From: Basidiobolus meristosporus CBS 931.73 | Lineage: Eukaryota > Fungi > Basidiobolomycota | Length of the DNA stretch: 64,000 nucleotides | Assembly (NCBI GenBank): GCA_002104905.1 | Contig: MCFE01000341.1 | Span: forward strand, 1-64,000 | Reading direction: 5' to 3' | Notes under the pieces: generated by a model | Databases searched by the model: none | Seen by the model: the letters and a program-made list of their open reading frames with translations, nothing else | What the model was told of the DNA's origin: nothing | Made by a program: the position numbers and the translations under genes | Shown here: positions 1 through 15,193 of the stretch, piece by piece | How positions within the stretch are numbered: position 1 is the stretch's first letter | How the letters are laid out: every line of letters starts with the position of its first letter

Positions 1-1183
1 GATCCTGTGGTCGCGAATGTGCCGTGAACGGGATGGAAGCTCACAGCATTCACTGCATAGACATTGGAGTTCTCGCGATGGCACTTGAACGAGAAATTGC
101 TCCTAATATTCGATAGAGTAAGTGGCGGCTAACATTGGTGCATGTGGATGAACATATCTGCTTACCCCTGGTCCTTATCCTCTACATATTGAACGCCAAT
201 ACGACCTTCAATAGAACCAACAAGATAGCCGGCGGAGTTGGGGAAACAGCTGATAGAGCGCGTCTGCCACTTGAGGGGAGAAGTAAGGGTCTAGTATGTA
301 ACAACCTAAGGTTAGAGCTGCAAACGCTATGATTCGTTAGGTCAAAAAAGCAGCCTACCTTGTAAGGGGTGGTTGGGTTATTCAAGTTGAAGACAAGGAT
401 ATGTCTCTCCGCTGTGCCAACAACCATAAGGGGGAATGTACTGTCCATAGCATAGCAGCGCTCTGGCAAGTTCACAGTGCCGACTGGGGTAGGGCTTCTA
501 GTATCCCAGTACTATAGAAATAATTAAGTATCCTCGTGAGGGGTTGGTCTAGTATACTGAGAACGTACTTTGACAGTTTTGTCCCAACTGCCAGTGGCCA
601 CAATGTTTTGATCGCCAACCCACTGAATGCAGCTAATGGGTGCATCGTGTTGTGCAATTTGTTGGGATTGACCGGTAGCTGTGTCGAACAGCTTGGCGGT
701 TTTGTCGGCACTACCGGAAGCCACCTTGGACCCGTCCTTTTGTTGGTTGAAAGAAATAACACGGGAATTAGTTGAGCGCAAGACGGGCCGGTTATGCACC
801 AGTAAGTATCATGGAAAACCTACTTTACTCCATTTGCAGCAAAGAACAGGGCCATCGTGATTGTACATGGCCTTTCCTACAGTGCTGCCATTTTGCTGTA
901 CTTCGTAAATTCTAACCTATAAAAGTCGTTTTTTCAGCACCAAAACTCGTAGATCGTCGCAAAAAACAGGAAATGTACTAACTTGGTTATCCCATGAAGA
1001 GACAGCCAAGAAATCAGCTTGCGTGCTAAAAGATAATTCGGAGATTCCGTCCTCGGGGGGTTGCGAAACCTAGATCAAGGGCACGACAGCGTTAGATGAG
1101 GGCGGAGTTGGACAGTGTGGGATGGAAAAGGGGCGTGTCTCGAAAGATACCTCGAAATCTTTGTTGACGTTACTTGATAGCAT
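1..1183 (-). CDS. RAE1: mRNA export factor Rae1/Gle2 (WD40), multi-exon, 3' end outside window
   Basis: Exons translate as [11 protein letters not shown]|[47 protein letters not shown]...[34 protein letters not shown] and [32 protein letters not shown], the typical Rae1/Gle2 motifs. ATG at 1183-1181; GT-AG intron 1150-1070. Confidence 0.9.
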
Positions 1184-1518
1184 GAGGGGAACTTTCGAAA
1201 GTGGCTAACGACGGTGAACGAGGTTTTCGCTTGCCAGGGAATACTTAATCGGCCTATTTGCTCGCCTATTACAAAGATGTTTTTTTTACGAGTAAAAATT
1301 CGATCAAAACACGAACTTCCCTTGATTTGTATTGAAATTTTCCACATGAACCTTGCCGCGTAGGGTTCATTTCATGCACAATATGATGCTTAAATTCTAT
1401 CCAATCCAATGACTTAGTCACAGTTCAGCGTTGATTCCGATCGGCTAGTCGGACTCCTAATCATTGTAAGCCGTTGTTAGTCAGTCGGCCTTTAGCACCG
1501 TCATATTTATAAAGTGAG

Positions 1519-4068
1519 ATGGAGATAGAACGATACTCCTCCCCCATCATGAATGGGAAGCAATCTTCTCTACCCATGGAGCGCTCTTCGACCCACCGGA
1601 TTCCCTTCGACAGTGAAACCTTCCTAACGGACAGGAGACACATGCCGCTTCAGCAGATTAAGGAGGAATTGGAGTTCCAGCTAGCTATAGTAAAGAACCA
1701 TCTTGTCGAACTAATTAACAAAGATTACACCGAGTTTTTGGATTTGGTGACCAACCTGGTGGACGTTGACAAGGTGGTGGACTTGGTCAGAGAACCCTTG
1801 AAGAATACCGAGTCTGAGGTCAAGGTGGAGTATCGCTTTTATTCGATAGACCGACTTTTTCGAGTCTTACTCAACTACAAGATTCCCAGATGATACGCGA
1901 CAACATGATTTCCATTGAAAAAGCTTTGGAGGAGAAGTTGAATTACCGTAGCTCCATCCGGGAAAAGAAAGTAAACTATGTTCTGGCACAAACCAAACTT
2001 CGTTGGACCTTTTATTGATTAAGCTTGGCTTTAGGCGAGTCTCCAACTTATATTAAACCTAGCGCATTCGGTGGAGAAAATCGAGTATTTGCTGAAGGAG
2101 GAGCAACTAGAGGAGGACTCCGCTCTGCAGGCTGAGAATCCGCAGAGGTAACATTTAGAGTGTAGATGCGCGGCAGCATGGTCCATTGGCTCACGTATTC
2201 TAAGCACATCCACTGCGACCACTATATCGAAGTTCATGGAGAGAATAGCCATGGAATACAACCAGATAAGATACTATGTGAAGAAGGGAAAGGATCTGCC
2301 GTTCGTTGCTCAAATGGAGCCTGTAAGTTTTCCGACTTCTCTCCGGCCTTGTTTCCAAACACTAACGATCTCGTATACCCACCAAATAGCGCATTGAAGG
2401 GATCAAAAAAACCCTACAAACAAGGCTGTCCTCAGGCCTTCAAGTTCTGTTTGAAGACATCGCTCAAGGTCGACAATCGGCCGACACCTTGGCGTCGTTA
2501 ACACAGAATCTTCGCACATATGCCCTGATCGACAGGGCTGCCGATGCAGAGGAGATCTTTCGTCTTCAGTTTGTGGCCCCATTCATTCGCAAGGTACACG
2601 GAGCACTTCAACTGATCAAGGACATCCATCTAATCTCCCTTTCTAGGTGGTGACGCCGGAGGCACTGGGAGGCAAGAACGAGGCCGACAAGCTAAGAGCA
2701 ATGTTCGATAATATCATAGACTTTGCCAGCACCAAATGCTCGAGCATTCTCAACATCACCCAAAACGTGCTCCGTGGCACAGAGTACGAGCTCCTCATCC
2801 ACGGCATATGGAAGGAGGTGATCGACAACATCAACCAAAACCTCGCCAAGATCTACTCGACCGAGAATCCGGACTGCTTCCAACTCCGGTACAAGCTGGC
2901 CGTCGATTTCGTCATGAGATTCGAGAAACTCTGTGCCTCGCGCAAGACTTTTCTCTACCTGCGAGCGCACCCTTCATACCAGGGCTTTATGGCATCATGG
3001 GAGCTGAAGAAATACTACCAAACCCGCTTGCACGAGATATCCCGTCAGTTCGAGGAGACCCTTCAGCGACACGGCAGAGAGATCGAGGGCAAAGTGCTGC
3101 CTGCCACCCAATCCCTGATCGCCCTGGCAAGTTATTGCTGGACAGACGAAGTGTACTTGGATCAGCTGGCCCCGAGCTTTTGGAGGCTGACGTTCCAGCT
3201 GTTGGCCAGATACAAAAGCTGGATGGATGATCTGCTATCGGAGTTCTCCGAGCAAGGAGGAATCCAGCTGGAAAAATCGAGAAGCCAAACGAGCCCATAC
3301 CCTTCCTCAACCGGGATGTCTCGGTCGACGAGTACCCCTTCCAACAGCGTAGCCACTGGGGTCACGAGTGAAGACTCGGTTCTGAAATACTTGGCTGCCC
3401 TCTCCCACGACATCAACCACGTTCATACCGAGTTCGAGCGACTGTTTCACGACAGGATATCCAGGAGACTACCTAGTGATCCTATATACAAGCAGAGCCT
3501 TGACGACGCCCTGCACGAGATAACATCCAAGCAAAAGTCCATTGGTGACCGGGTGACCCAGTGCTTGATTAAAAAATGCTCGGACCAACTGCGCTTGGTC
3601 AGGAATGTTACCGGCCAGTATCGACATACCAACCGTAAGCCCCCTACCCAAAGCTCCCCATACGTCCAGGTGATATTCGGGCCGGTGGTCAACTACTTCC
3701 ATCCCGAGAATAGCCATTTCGACTCCAGCGAGACTGAGAAATGGACCGAGGCCATCGCGAACGCCGTCACCTCCAAATTCGCCGCCATCCTCTCGGAGCT
3801 TCTGACCACGCTGCAGCGCACGGAAGAGAGTCTGAAGCGGCTCAAGAAAGGGAAGCGCACCGGGACGGCGCTTGCATCGTCGCTGTTTTCTTCCTCCGGG
3901 GCTGCGAGCACGTTGAGTGACGAAGACAAAATCCGCCTGCAGCTGCTTCTCGATGTCAAGAGGTATCAGCAGGAGCTGGCCAAGTTAGGCGTGCCGCTGG
4001 AAAAGATCCAGGACCTGGACGAGCTTCGGAACACGGTCTCGCCGTACCAAGAGCTAGAGCGCACGTAG
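1519..4068 (+). CDS. COG2: Conserved oligomeric Golgi complex subunit 2, multi-exon
   Basis: N-terminal exon has the COG2 motif LVELINKDYTEFLDLVTNLV. The long last exon (2647-4068) is helical, with COG2 C-terminal-like YRHTNRKPPTQSSPYV and LQRTEESLKRLKK...SDEDKIRLQLLLDV. Confidence 0.85.
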
Positions 4069-4783
4069 CAACATGGTTGGCGACGAAACAGCATCAACCA
4101 CCAGTGTTAGCATCAGTATTTCCCATGGCACCAACTAACCCACCCATAACACCCGTAACACCCCAATCCCCCGGTGCTCTCATCCGTATTTCCATGGCAT
4201 AAACCATTGTTTCAAGTAAACTGCAAAATAGACCCATTGGACAAACATTGGAAGGAGGATTTGCATGAAACACAATAAAACACAATAAAATTGCTGTGGT
4301 TCAGATCATCGTTTATTTTGACAACACCTGGCCTTGCATCCCGTGGAATTGCCCGATCCGATCGACCCTGGGTTGTTGCACGGAAGAGGGGCGACACTCA
4401 CCCGCGGAAATAGTTCCTCTTGCCCATTGCATCGGTTGCAACGTCTCGCACCGTCGAACAATTGGCCCGTATTATTTCGAGGCTCGCTCTCGCCCTTGCC
4501 CCTCCCCCTCCCCTCAGGCTAGTTTCACATTTGGGCTCCATGCATAGGGGTAAGGGGATGTTATAGAGTACAGCTTCGATCAAACACCTGTGTTGTTGGG
4601 ACCTCTAAGGATGCACATGAGGTGCGCACCTGGCAGCACACCCGATTCTCCAACAATGGCTGAAACCAGACGTATATAAGATTCGCCCGGAGCCCACTGA
4701 CTGACCGATTAGATCTATAGTGTTGGCGTGATTCCCCTGACACTCACATCACCTCTTGCATTCTACTTTTTACATCAGTGAAC

Positions 4784-6358
4784 ATGAAGAGTCTACTCCG
4801 GTTGTGGATGGCCTGCTCCCTTACCATCGGGATGGTCACCTCCCAGCGCACCGGCGGATGCAGCAAAGTCACCATTCGCAAGGAGGTAAGGCAGATGAGC
4901 GCCCAGGAGTGGGATGATTTCGTGAACGCCATCAAGAGACTACACACCGGACCACCACCAACGATCTACGACAAGTTTGTCGACATCCATCTGCAGAGTG
5001 TTCCCGTGGCCCATGCTATCCCAGCGTTCTTCCCATGGCATCGAATGTTCGTCAAGGCATTCGAGCAACAACTCCAGCAAATCAATCCAAACATCGCCAT
5101 CCCTTACTGGGTAAGTGCCCCCGCTTGCCTCGGGCGTCCCACTGACCACTGACCCTAGTTGCCCCCAACAGGACTGGACCATAGACTCCCAAGCCCCGGA
5201 GAAGAGTGTCGTGTGGAGCGCCAAGCACTTTGGGTCTAGCGGGGACGCGAATTGTGTCACCGATGGCCCGTTTGCGGGCTGGATCATGAACACCCCCAAG
5301 CCACACTGCCTGCGGCGCAAGTGGAACAAAGGGAAGCAGATCAGCGCACTCTACCCGCCCGAGCTACTCTCGAAAATCCTCAACGAGGCCAAAAGCTACT
5401 CGGAATTCCGAAGCGCGGTCGAGGCTGCCCCACACGGTCTGGTCCACGTCAACATAGGAAGCGACGGAGGGGACCTTAGCACTATGTGGAGTCCAAATGA
5501 GTAAGTCTTCTTCTGAATCAGCCCTGAACTCCCATACTTACTGGCTCGCCTCCCGGTAGTCCCATCTTCTGGGTGCATCACTCATTCGTCGACAAGATCT
5601 GGTCGGATTTCCAGTTGTTGAAGCCGGCACTTGCGGGCACCTACGACGGAAGGGACAAATCCAACCGTACGGTGACCGTGAACGATGTCGTGACTCCCTT
5701 CAACGTACGTGTTGGCGATATATTGAACACAAACAACGCTCCCCTATGCTACCGATACACAAACCCAATGCTCACTACCCGTGGGTATGTCAAGCCCGCA
5801 GCCAACCCATCAACCCCAGCCGCCGCCAGCCAGCCGACGAGCAGTGCCAATTCCCGTGCTGGTGCCAAGAGTCCTGGCAGAAAGCGGAGTGTCGACTCGG
5901 AGCTTGGCTGCACCATTGACCCGGACGACCGCTCCGACCAGACTGGTCTTCGTACACCCCACAGACTCCCAGAGAAGTGGGTGGAGATGATGGAGCTCAA
6001 CCACGAACGCGTGAAGGCGATGGAGGATCAATACGCGGTGTTCATCAATTCGCTGAACAAAGAGCACTCGTACGTCTCCCCCATCTCCCTCTCACGTCAC
6101 TCGGAGACGGTCGAGCAGTTTGTCCACGGGAAGATTGAAACATTGGACCTCTTCAAAGGGATCTCCAAGATACCTGTCCTCAATCTCACCCGCCTGGTCC
6201 ATGTTGGCGAGCCGGTGAACAAAGCGGTGGCCCCGGTGATCGACTTGGTAGATGGGCTGTTGAACAACCAGAGGCCCAACCCCCAGCCCGAGTCGAACAC
6301 CTATCAGACCGAGGATGTGTTGAGTATAAAAATTTCCGGATTGAACCTTGGCCTTTAA
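4784..6358 (+). CDS. Secreted tyrosinase-like type-3 copper protein (3 exons)
   Basis: Hydrophobic signal peptide MKSLLRLWMACSLTIGMVTS. CuA site DIHLQSVPVAHAIPAFFPWHR. CuB site EAAPHGLVHVNIG...SPND|PIFWVHHSFVDKIW. GT-AG introns near 5111-5170 and 5501-5559. Confidence 0.85.
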
Positions 6359-6584
6359 GCATCATCATAATACCGATCGTACTGAATTTCCTCACATTAC
6401 CATTTCTTGGTTTGGTGCAGCGTTTGGTTGATTCCTTCTTTTTTGGACCTAATTCCTGTGCTATTTATTCTCTACCTTACCTTATCTATAGATATCCAAA
6501 AAACCAATTAAATCCCTTATTATTACGGGTATGTCCCGACATCGGAGACATGTTTCTTTATTCAACTTGAGATACACTTCGTAT

Positions 6585-7967
<1,383 letters not shown>

Positions 7968-8652
7968 TCAAAGTAGGAGAAGAAAGGGGGAAAGGAGGAA
8001 ACGTACTAGATGGTAGTGGAAAAAGGTCGTCCCTTTTATCGCCTGGAGGATGATTGAGGAGACTGCGATATCTGATGAGTAATACGTAAATTCCCCCTAA
8101 TATGCAACAATCATCCCTGAGAGCCAATTAGCATCCATTACGCCATTGGGTACTCAATCATGTGGAAGTAAATATAGATTAAGATATTATTAATCTGTCC
8201 CAAGTCCAATCCACATATTTCCGGATATCGATGACCGATTGGAACAAGTCACTTGATTGACGAGGTTACACACAGCAGCAGAAGGTTCCTACGATATTGC
8301 CTAGGATACTGTCATCATTCCCAGAATCTGACGCAGCAGTCTATTCCATCATACATTGAACCAGTCTATTGATTATCAAGAGTATCTATTCGATAGATAG
8401 TTTTAGGTGGAAATGAATAGTCGATGCGCGCGTTTAGGATTAGCTAGTGCTTCGAAGACAATTGGTAACGTCATTTGAAAATACACAGGAAACTATGCAA
8501 CAAGAGACTCCTCTATTTATGCTTTTGGCGACATCTATTTGTTCAATTCTAAAAGTAGCAACAAAGGAGAACGAATAAGAAAGTAAAGAATAGGGTTTGT
8601 GTGAGGCAAGGAATATGAGAAAGAAGAAACGACAACCAGGACGATATGACCA

Positions 8653-11293
8653 TTATGTGCCATACTTGGCTTTGTAGAAGGAAGGTGGAAGCTTCTCCAA
8701 AATGGCGAACCAGGGCCTCTCAACTACACATAGTGAATCGGGTCCGGTGAAGTCAAGGAACATGAGCGGCTGGTATTTGAACAGGGCTTGGAAGTTCTGG
8801 TCGAACTGCATCATCTTCTGTCCCATAGGCTGGTTGGCTTCGAGTGTGAGGGCAGAGATGACCTTGGGATTGAAGTTGGACTCGGTGATTTTCTTACGGA
8901 TCTCTTTGCTGATCTTGGACTGCTCCTTGGTGATCTCAATACGCTTACGCTTGGCAATATTGATGATAGTGTCTTTTTCAACGGGTTTGGTGATGTCGAC
9001 CATGCACATGTAGTTGGCACCCCAGAGCATGATGGTGTTCTTACGGGCAGGGTTGAAGCTGACCCCCATGATCTTCTCTTTGAGTTGCATGAACCGGGTG
9101 GGGAGGTTTTGAGAGTACTGTCTAGACCAGTCGGTCAATCGCTTGGCCTCGATGTCATACAGATAGAACTCGTTGGAGGAGAGTGGGACTACTAGTGTGG
9201 GTGAATACGAATGGAAATAAAGACCGGTGTGAACTGAGGAGAATTTAGGGAGAGTGCAATGGTATTGAAGTGCATCCAGGTTATAAACAAATATCCGGTT
9301 GAACAAGTCGCCACTTGCGAGCCACTGGCCATCAGCACTCACGCTCAGAGAAGAGATGGTTCCCACTCTGTCATCGTCGTTTTGAGCTTCGTCATCAGTC
9401 ATCATCCCGTCGCCATGATGTTGGCCGAAAGTGCGAAGGATCTCGAACGACCCATTCTCCCACTCTGACAAGTCGATGATCTTGATGTAGGAATCGGTGG
9501 TGGCGATCACAAGCTTGCTAGAGTCGGGGGTGAACAGAATATGATGGGCTCCCTTGTAGGGGTTCAGTCTGCTGGTGACCGCTTCCGAGGGGAAGCTCTT
9601 GATCTTTTGAATCTTCACGACGCTAGGATTGCTTGGGTTCTCCGTCAGTCTGAAGAGCTTGATGTTGTAGATGTCCGACACGGCAATCCACTGGCCATCC
9701 TCAGAAATGGCGCTGGCAATGATGTGGTTCTCATCCTTGAGTTTGATCTCCAGCAAACTCTCCAGGTTCTCAATCAATCCGAGATCTGTACCAATCTCTA
9801 GGTTTCCGTATGGCTGCATAGGGGGCGCAGCCTTGCCAAGCTTCCAAACTCGGATGGAGTTCGGGAAGCGGCACATCAGCAACCGCTTAGCTTTGGACAT
9901 GGAGATCAGTGGCTTTTGGGGGAAGTAGGGAAGGCGCCATTGATTCATGTTGGGGAATTCCGCAGCAGGACAAACGACCAATTGCACATCCACACCTCCA
10001 GACACTAAGGCATTGACAGGGCGGCTTTCGTCCAACGCCAGGGCCTTGACATCGTGCGAGTGGTATCTACGGGTACCGGCCAAGATCCATTTCATCTCGG
10101 ACTTGGGTGCCTCAGCAGAGCTGGAGTCCTTCTTTTTTCTGCTGACAGGAGTGTAGTTGGCATTCTCCACCAGTCGGAATTGAATGACCTTCCTGTCTAC
10201 GCCCGAAGTGAAGACGGTGTTACCCTCCTAGATAAGTTCCGATAATCAGCACAACGATGCCGGGATACGCCGTGTTGGCATAATGCAGTACAAACCTCGT
10301 TAGCAACTACACACAATATGTCGGCGGAGTGTGCGTTGAAGCTTTGAATCATGGTGCCCATCTCACCGTCCCAGAACTTCACATGGCCCAATGAGTCTCC
10401 ACTGACAATGCATCCATTCCTATCAGTAGCAACAAATGTAAGTAAGCGGGGTTTCCGATTTCCATGGTGCAGTGAGTGCCTTACTTGAGAATCTTGACTG
10501 CCCATACGAGGGTATCTTCACGACCGAATCTTTCGACAGTCATGCGAGAGGTGGGTCTTCCTAGCTTGACGTCCCACTTTCTGATACTGCTGTCGGCAGA
10601 ACCGGTGACGATAACCTTGTCATCGGGGCTCCAAGCCAAAGACAGGATACGGGCTATCCCACAATAAACCGTCAACACCAAACCTTCTTGACACCCAGCA
10701 ACCATGATATTTACCTTTTTGCTTAACAAAGGATCTTTCGAAGGAGAGATCTCCGTCGATGATATTGAAGATTCGGATACAGCCGTCCTCACAACCAACT
10801 GCTAGCTTTGTTCCGGAATTGTTGGCAGCCAAACACCACACGGCACCACCGTGAGAATCGATGGTTTGCTACGATGTGAAGGAATACATTAGTGAGCTAC
10901 GGTCTAGACTCCGACGCCCAAGGCTGCGTGCAGCGAAAATACCTTAGGGCACAAAGTTGTGAGGTCCCATTCGGTAATCAGGGAATTCAAACCAGCAGAG
11001 AAGAGTCTAGGGGACTCGGACAAAAGTTTCTTTTGGGCCTCAGCCTTCTCTTCGGGGGTGTCATAATCGTCGTCACCCAGGACAATCTGGTGGGCCCAGG
11101 TCAGAGCTTCAATGTTATAGCTAGCACCACCCGGAATGATCTTTTCAAGGTGCCAATTCTTTGGGTTCCATATTTCGATGTCTCCCCCAGCCCTAGCACA
11201 TGCCAACAGGGACTTGGTGGATTTGGGAGCAAAAGTGAGCGCGTTGATCGCCGCTGGGGTGTAATCGACAAAACGACACCTGTGAACCTCCAT
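8653..11293 (-). CDS. UTP4: U3 snoRNA-associated protein 4 (Utp4/cirhin, WD40), multi-exon
   Basis: N-terminus MEVHRCRFVDYTPAAINALTF is characteristic of Utp4. Also IVSGDSLGHVKFWD, RRYHSHDVKAL, SGGVDVQLV, and C-terminal KYQPLMFLDFTGPDSLCVVERPW...LPP. Confidence 0.9.
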
Positions 11294-12264
11294 TTCGAAA
11301 CAGAGAGGAATCGGGGGGATAAAAACAGAGGTTTGGCTTATACAATAACTGGAGTTTTTTTTTATTTTTTCCTTGGATTCTGCGCAAACAGTGAATCAAT
11401 TTTCGGATGATTCCTCCTTTTGCCGCTAGCCTTCTGGCTACCCAGATTTTTTTCTTTTTTTTTCACGAATCTCACTATTTCGTGGATTCTTGATTAACTG
11501 GTGGTTTAACTTCATCCGTCAGCTACCTCTACATGTGAAGGTGCGTGGGGTGTGGGATGTGAAGATGGCTGCCAGTGGTTATCCCTTCTGCCCCTTGTAC
11601 AGCTATGGCGACGGACTTCCATCTGTTCAAAAACTCAGGCTTTGCTACGCTTCTAGGGGTGAAGCGTTTCATTTGTAGACAGGGGCGGGTTAGTTGTGAG
11701 CTTATGGGTAGAGTCTAATGAGTGCGGTCTCCATTCTCCTGATGGTGTGCGTCGACGGGACATCTCGCACGATTAGAGCTGAATAGGCGTTGCTCTCTAT
11801 CACCTTTTGTGACTTCAGAATAGATGCATCTAGATGTTACCTCTGATACAGTAACTGAAGATCATTGGAGGTAGGGTTCCAAGGATTCGACAACGGAATT
11901 GATTGGTGGAGGCCCAATTCGAAGGGAAAGGGTTGAGAAAAGGGTGGTTCTATTGCCATTGTTATGCCTTTCATTTAGCCAGCCAATACAATGGTATATA
12001 TATACGCACCACTCCTAAGGCTAAGGTGATATCATTCTATATGATACTTTATCAAACGATATTTGTATAGATGTGAATCAGAGCATTCCTTCCACACCAA
12101 TCAACTAATCATATAGAGAGTCGGAGCATGTATATTCATCCGATATGTCGCAGCTTATTCTCATAATCCTGCTTTGATTCTAGAAACTTTTATTTGCTCT
12201 GTGAAAGACCAGTTTAATCGCAACTATAAAAGGCTCTCCCTTCTGCTCCCCGCTCTCTTTCTAA

Positions 12265-12726
<462 letters not shown>

Positions 12727-13339
12727 ACTAGTCCCCGTCTTTTAATCTTCCCAAGTGAAATTTTTTTATTCTCCCTATGGTCGTTCTTAGTTGCTTTTTA
12801 CGTGTATAGTTTTTTGTGTTTCCCTCCAATTGCCTTTAGTTCGGTCTAGAAATAAAGCCCCTCACCAAACCAGTGACAACGGCCCGAACTTTCCTCCTAA
12901 CGCCATCTTCGGATGGGCAACACCGACCAAGGGTTCCCTTGGCTGCTGCCGGGGCCGCCTTCGGTCCACTTGGCTTGTGATGATGGCGTGCAGTCAGATG
13001 ACCCTCAGGAAGTACCAAATTGGCCACCCCAATATGGCCATGCGCCTTGAGCCAATAGAATCCTAACTCAGGGTGTAGAGATGCAATCTTTGAGACAAAC
13101 ATGAATGTACCACGAAGACTCAATTGAAATCGAAATCGAAATAGAAATGAGAATCGAGCACTCCGCAGGTAATCTCGACGTCTACTTCAAGTATGTTTAT
13201 CGCTCGAATCACTGTCACAACAATCTGGTGTATTGGGCTGAGTGCTATTAAAATGATGTACAAAGTAAGGTGGAAATATTAGGGCTCTAGAAACGATGGG
13301 AACGGGGTCTAACGGAGTGGGCTGGATCCGCGGGTCCTC

Positions 13340-14796
13340 TTAAGCGCGGCGGAATTTGACGGCAACGTTTCGTCTTTGGGACATGTTGAGGACGGCTGGA
13401 TCGTCGAGGGAAGGGGAGGGGGAGGGGAGTTGGTTAGTCACTGGTGCGCGTGAGGGATGCTGGTGAGATGACGTGGAACTTACAGCTTTTTCTGTTCACT
13501 CGAGTTCCGAAGAAATGCTTGGACTTGAAGTCCAGGACAGACTCCGGGATATGCTTGGCCTTCGGCTGGCTGGTCAGCGAGACCACCTTGATAGAGCTGA
13601 TGTTTCCGGGTTAGCACGATTTAGAGCAAACTTGGCATGGTGGTGGTGTACTCACCCGAATGATTTCTCCCCCTTCACTCTCTTGGACTTGGGCTCGACC
13701 TCGTCATCGGAAAGTCCCTCAAACTCGTCCATTTTGATGTGATTGCGCTTCTTGGGAAGTCTAGAATTTGCAGTGGGGTCAACAGTTGTAAACCAAGCCC
13801 GGTTTGATCCATCATCACTTACTCTTCATCCATATCTGCAACCATCTCCAACATATCAAGGGGCAAGGTGGCAGGGATCTCAAGAGGTTGGGGTACCACC
13901 TCCTCCTCGATTTCGATCTTGGGAAGTGACTTCTTGGCGACACGGTCCTTCTTCGCGGCCTTTTGTTCCTTCAACTTGCTGTCGATCTCGCGTCTCTTTT
14001 GTCTTTGCTGGTCGGCGACTCTATTCCCCGTATGATGTTATTTCCTTTGTTACCCTACCAATGCAAATGAGCAAACCTCGGTGTACCTTTGCGCAGCCTC
14101 TCTCTCCTGCTTTTTGGCCTGAAGAGCCATGGATTTTCCGGAGCTCAGGGAAACGGCCTCGGGTGCGTCGTCATCACTGTCGCTGTCGCTGTCACTTTCC
14201 TCCTCCTGCTTGGCTTCCTGTTGCTCATTTCCCGAGTTTTCCGCTTCCTCCTCTGCGGCCTCCCCGACTGGCTCGTTTTGCTCCTCCTCGCTTTCGGGTG
14301 CCGAGTCTGGGCTCTGCTCACGCTCCTCGGAAGGCTCGTCTTCCGACCCAGCTTCACTCTCACTCTCACTCTCGTTTTCGTGGGTTTCAGGCAGGCCGAC
14401 GGGCTCGGGGTTAGACTTTCTATTGCAGCTACGCAGACGTTTTACCAATGGAGGGGAGGTGAGCTGGGGGGTTTTCGGTTGTTCGTCGGGGGTGCTGCTA
14501 ACGCTTTTCTCCGTGAAGACACCCTTGGCGCGTCGACGAGTGGCGGTTTTGGGGGTCTGAATCGAGGAAGCCACCTCCTCGGTAACCCTCTTGACCGGTT
14601 GGGTCTTGGAAGGGGTGGTCATGGCTCTCTTTCTCGCTAACGGGGTGCGACTCTCGGACTCCTCCGCCTGGGTGGGCTTTCTATTTCTACTGCGAAGGCG
14701 TGAGGAGACGGGGGGTGAGACGAAGTTGGGTAGACCGGTCTTTGGAGTCCCCGAGGGGGTGTTGGGGGTGGTTTTACGGGGGGTCTTGGATGCCAT
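13340..14796 (-). CDS. Low-complexity nucleolar protein, probable Bud21/Utp16-like; multi-exon
   Basis: S/T/P/K-rich then acidic N-terminus, followed by DDDAPEAVSLSSGK, a basic coiled coil, and later exons HIPESVLDFKSKHFFGTRVNRKS and QRRNVAVKFRRA-stop (TAA at 13342-13340). The gene model is plausible; the family call rests on recalled motif similarity only. Confidence 0.5.
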
Positions 14797-15193
14797 GGTT
14801 TCCGAACTTTCTTCGCTTCTAACGAGGGGGGGGTGGTGGAGTGGAAGTTCGAAACACTAGACCGTTGGATATGTGTGATATGCTCGATGCCAACCTTAGG
14901 GAAGGGATTTTTTTTCCTAGCCAAGGTTCGATGGCGGAATTTTTTTTTCTTTTTCCCACTTTTTCCATTCCCCTTCGGATTTAGTCACACTCCGCGCGGA
15001 TGTTGACTAAAACCCAGTCTAGCTAGCTGCATTTCAATGGGATTTTTATTGTGGTCTGTGTCTTATTAGGTTGAACAAAGGGAAAAGTGATTGCAAACTG
15101 GCGTTTCACCGGGTGTGAAGGGGGATAAACATAGCGATGTAGAAGTGTAGCTAAATATACAATGTGGTCGACTTTCTTCTTACTGCCCATTGT

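Noticed and set aside
12881-12897. GAGGAAAGTTCGGGCC on the minus strand, resembling RNase P/MRP conserved region I
   Set aside because: No downstream CR-V partner is visible, and the RNA would run into the H3 3' end.
13130-13200. U3 snoRNA-like fragments (ATACTT, CATTTCTAT; gacgt.tacttca|gtatgt)
   Set aside because: Motifs have the wrong spacing or are on opposite strands; no coherent box B, C or D.
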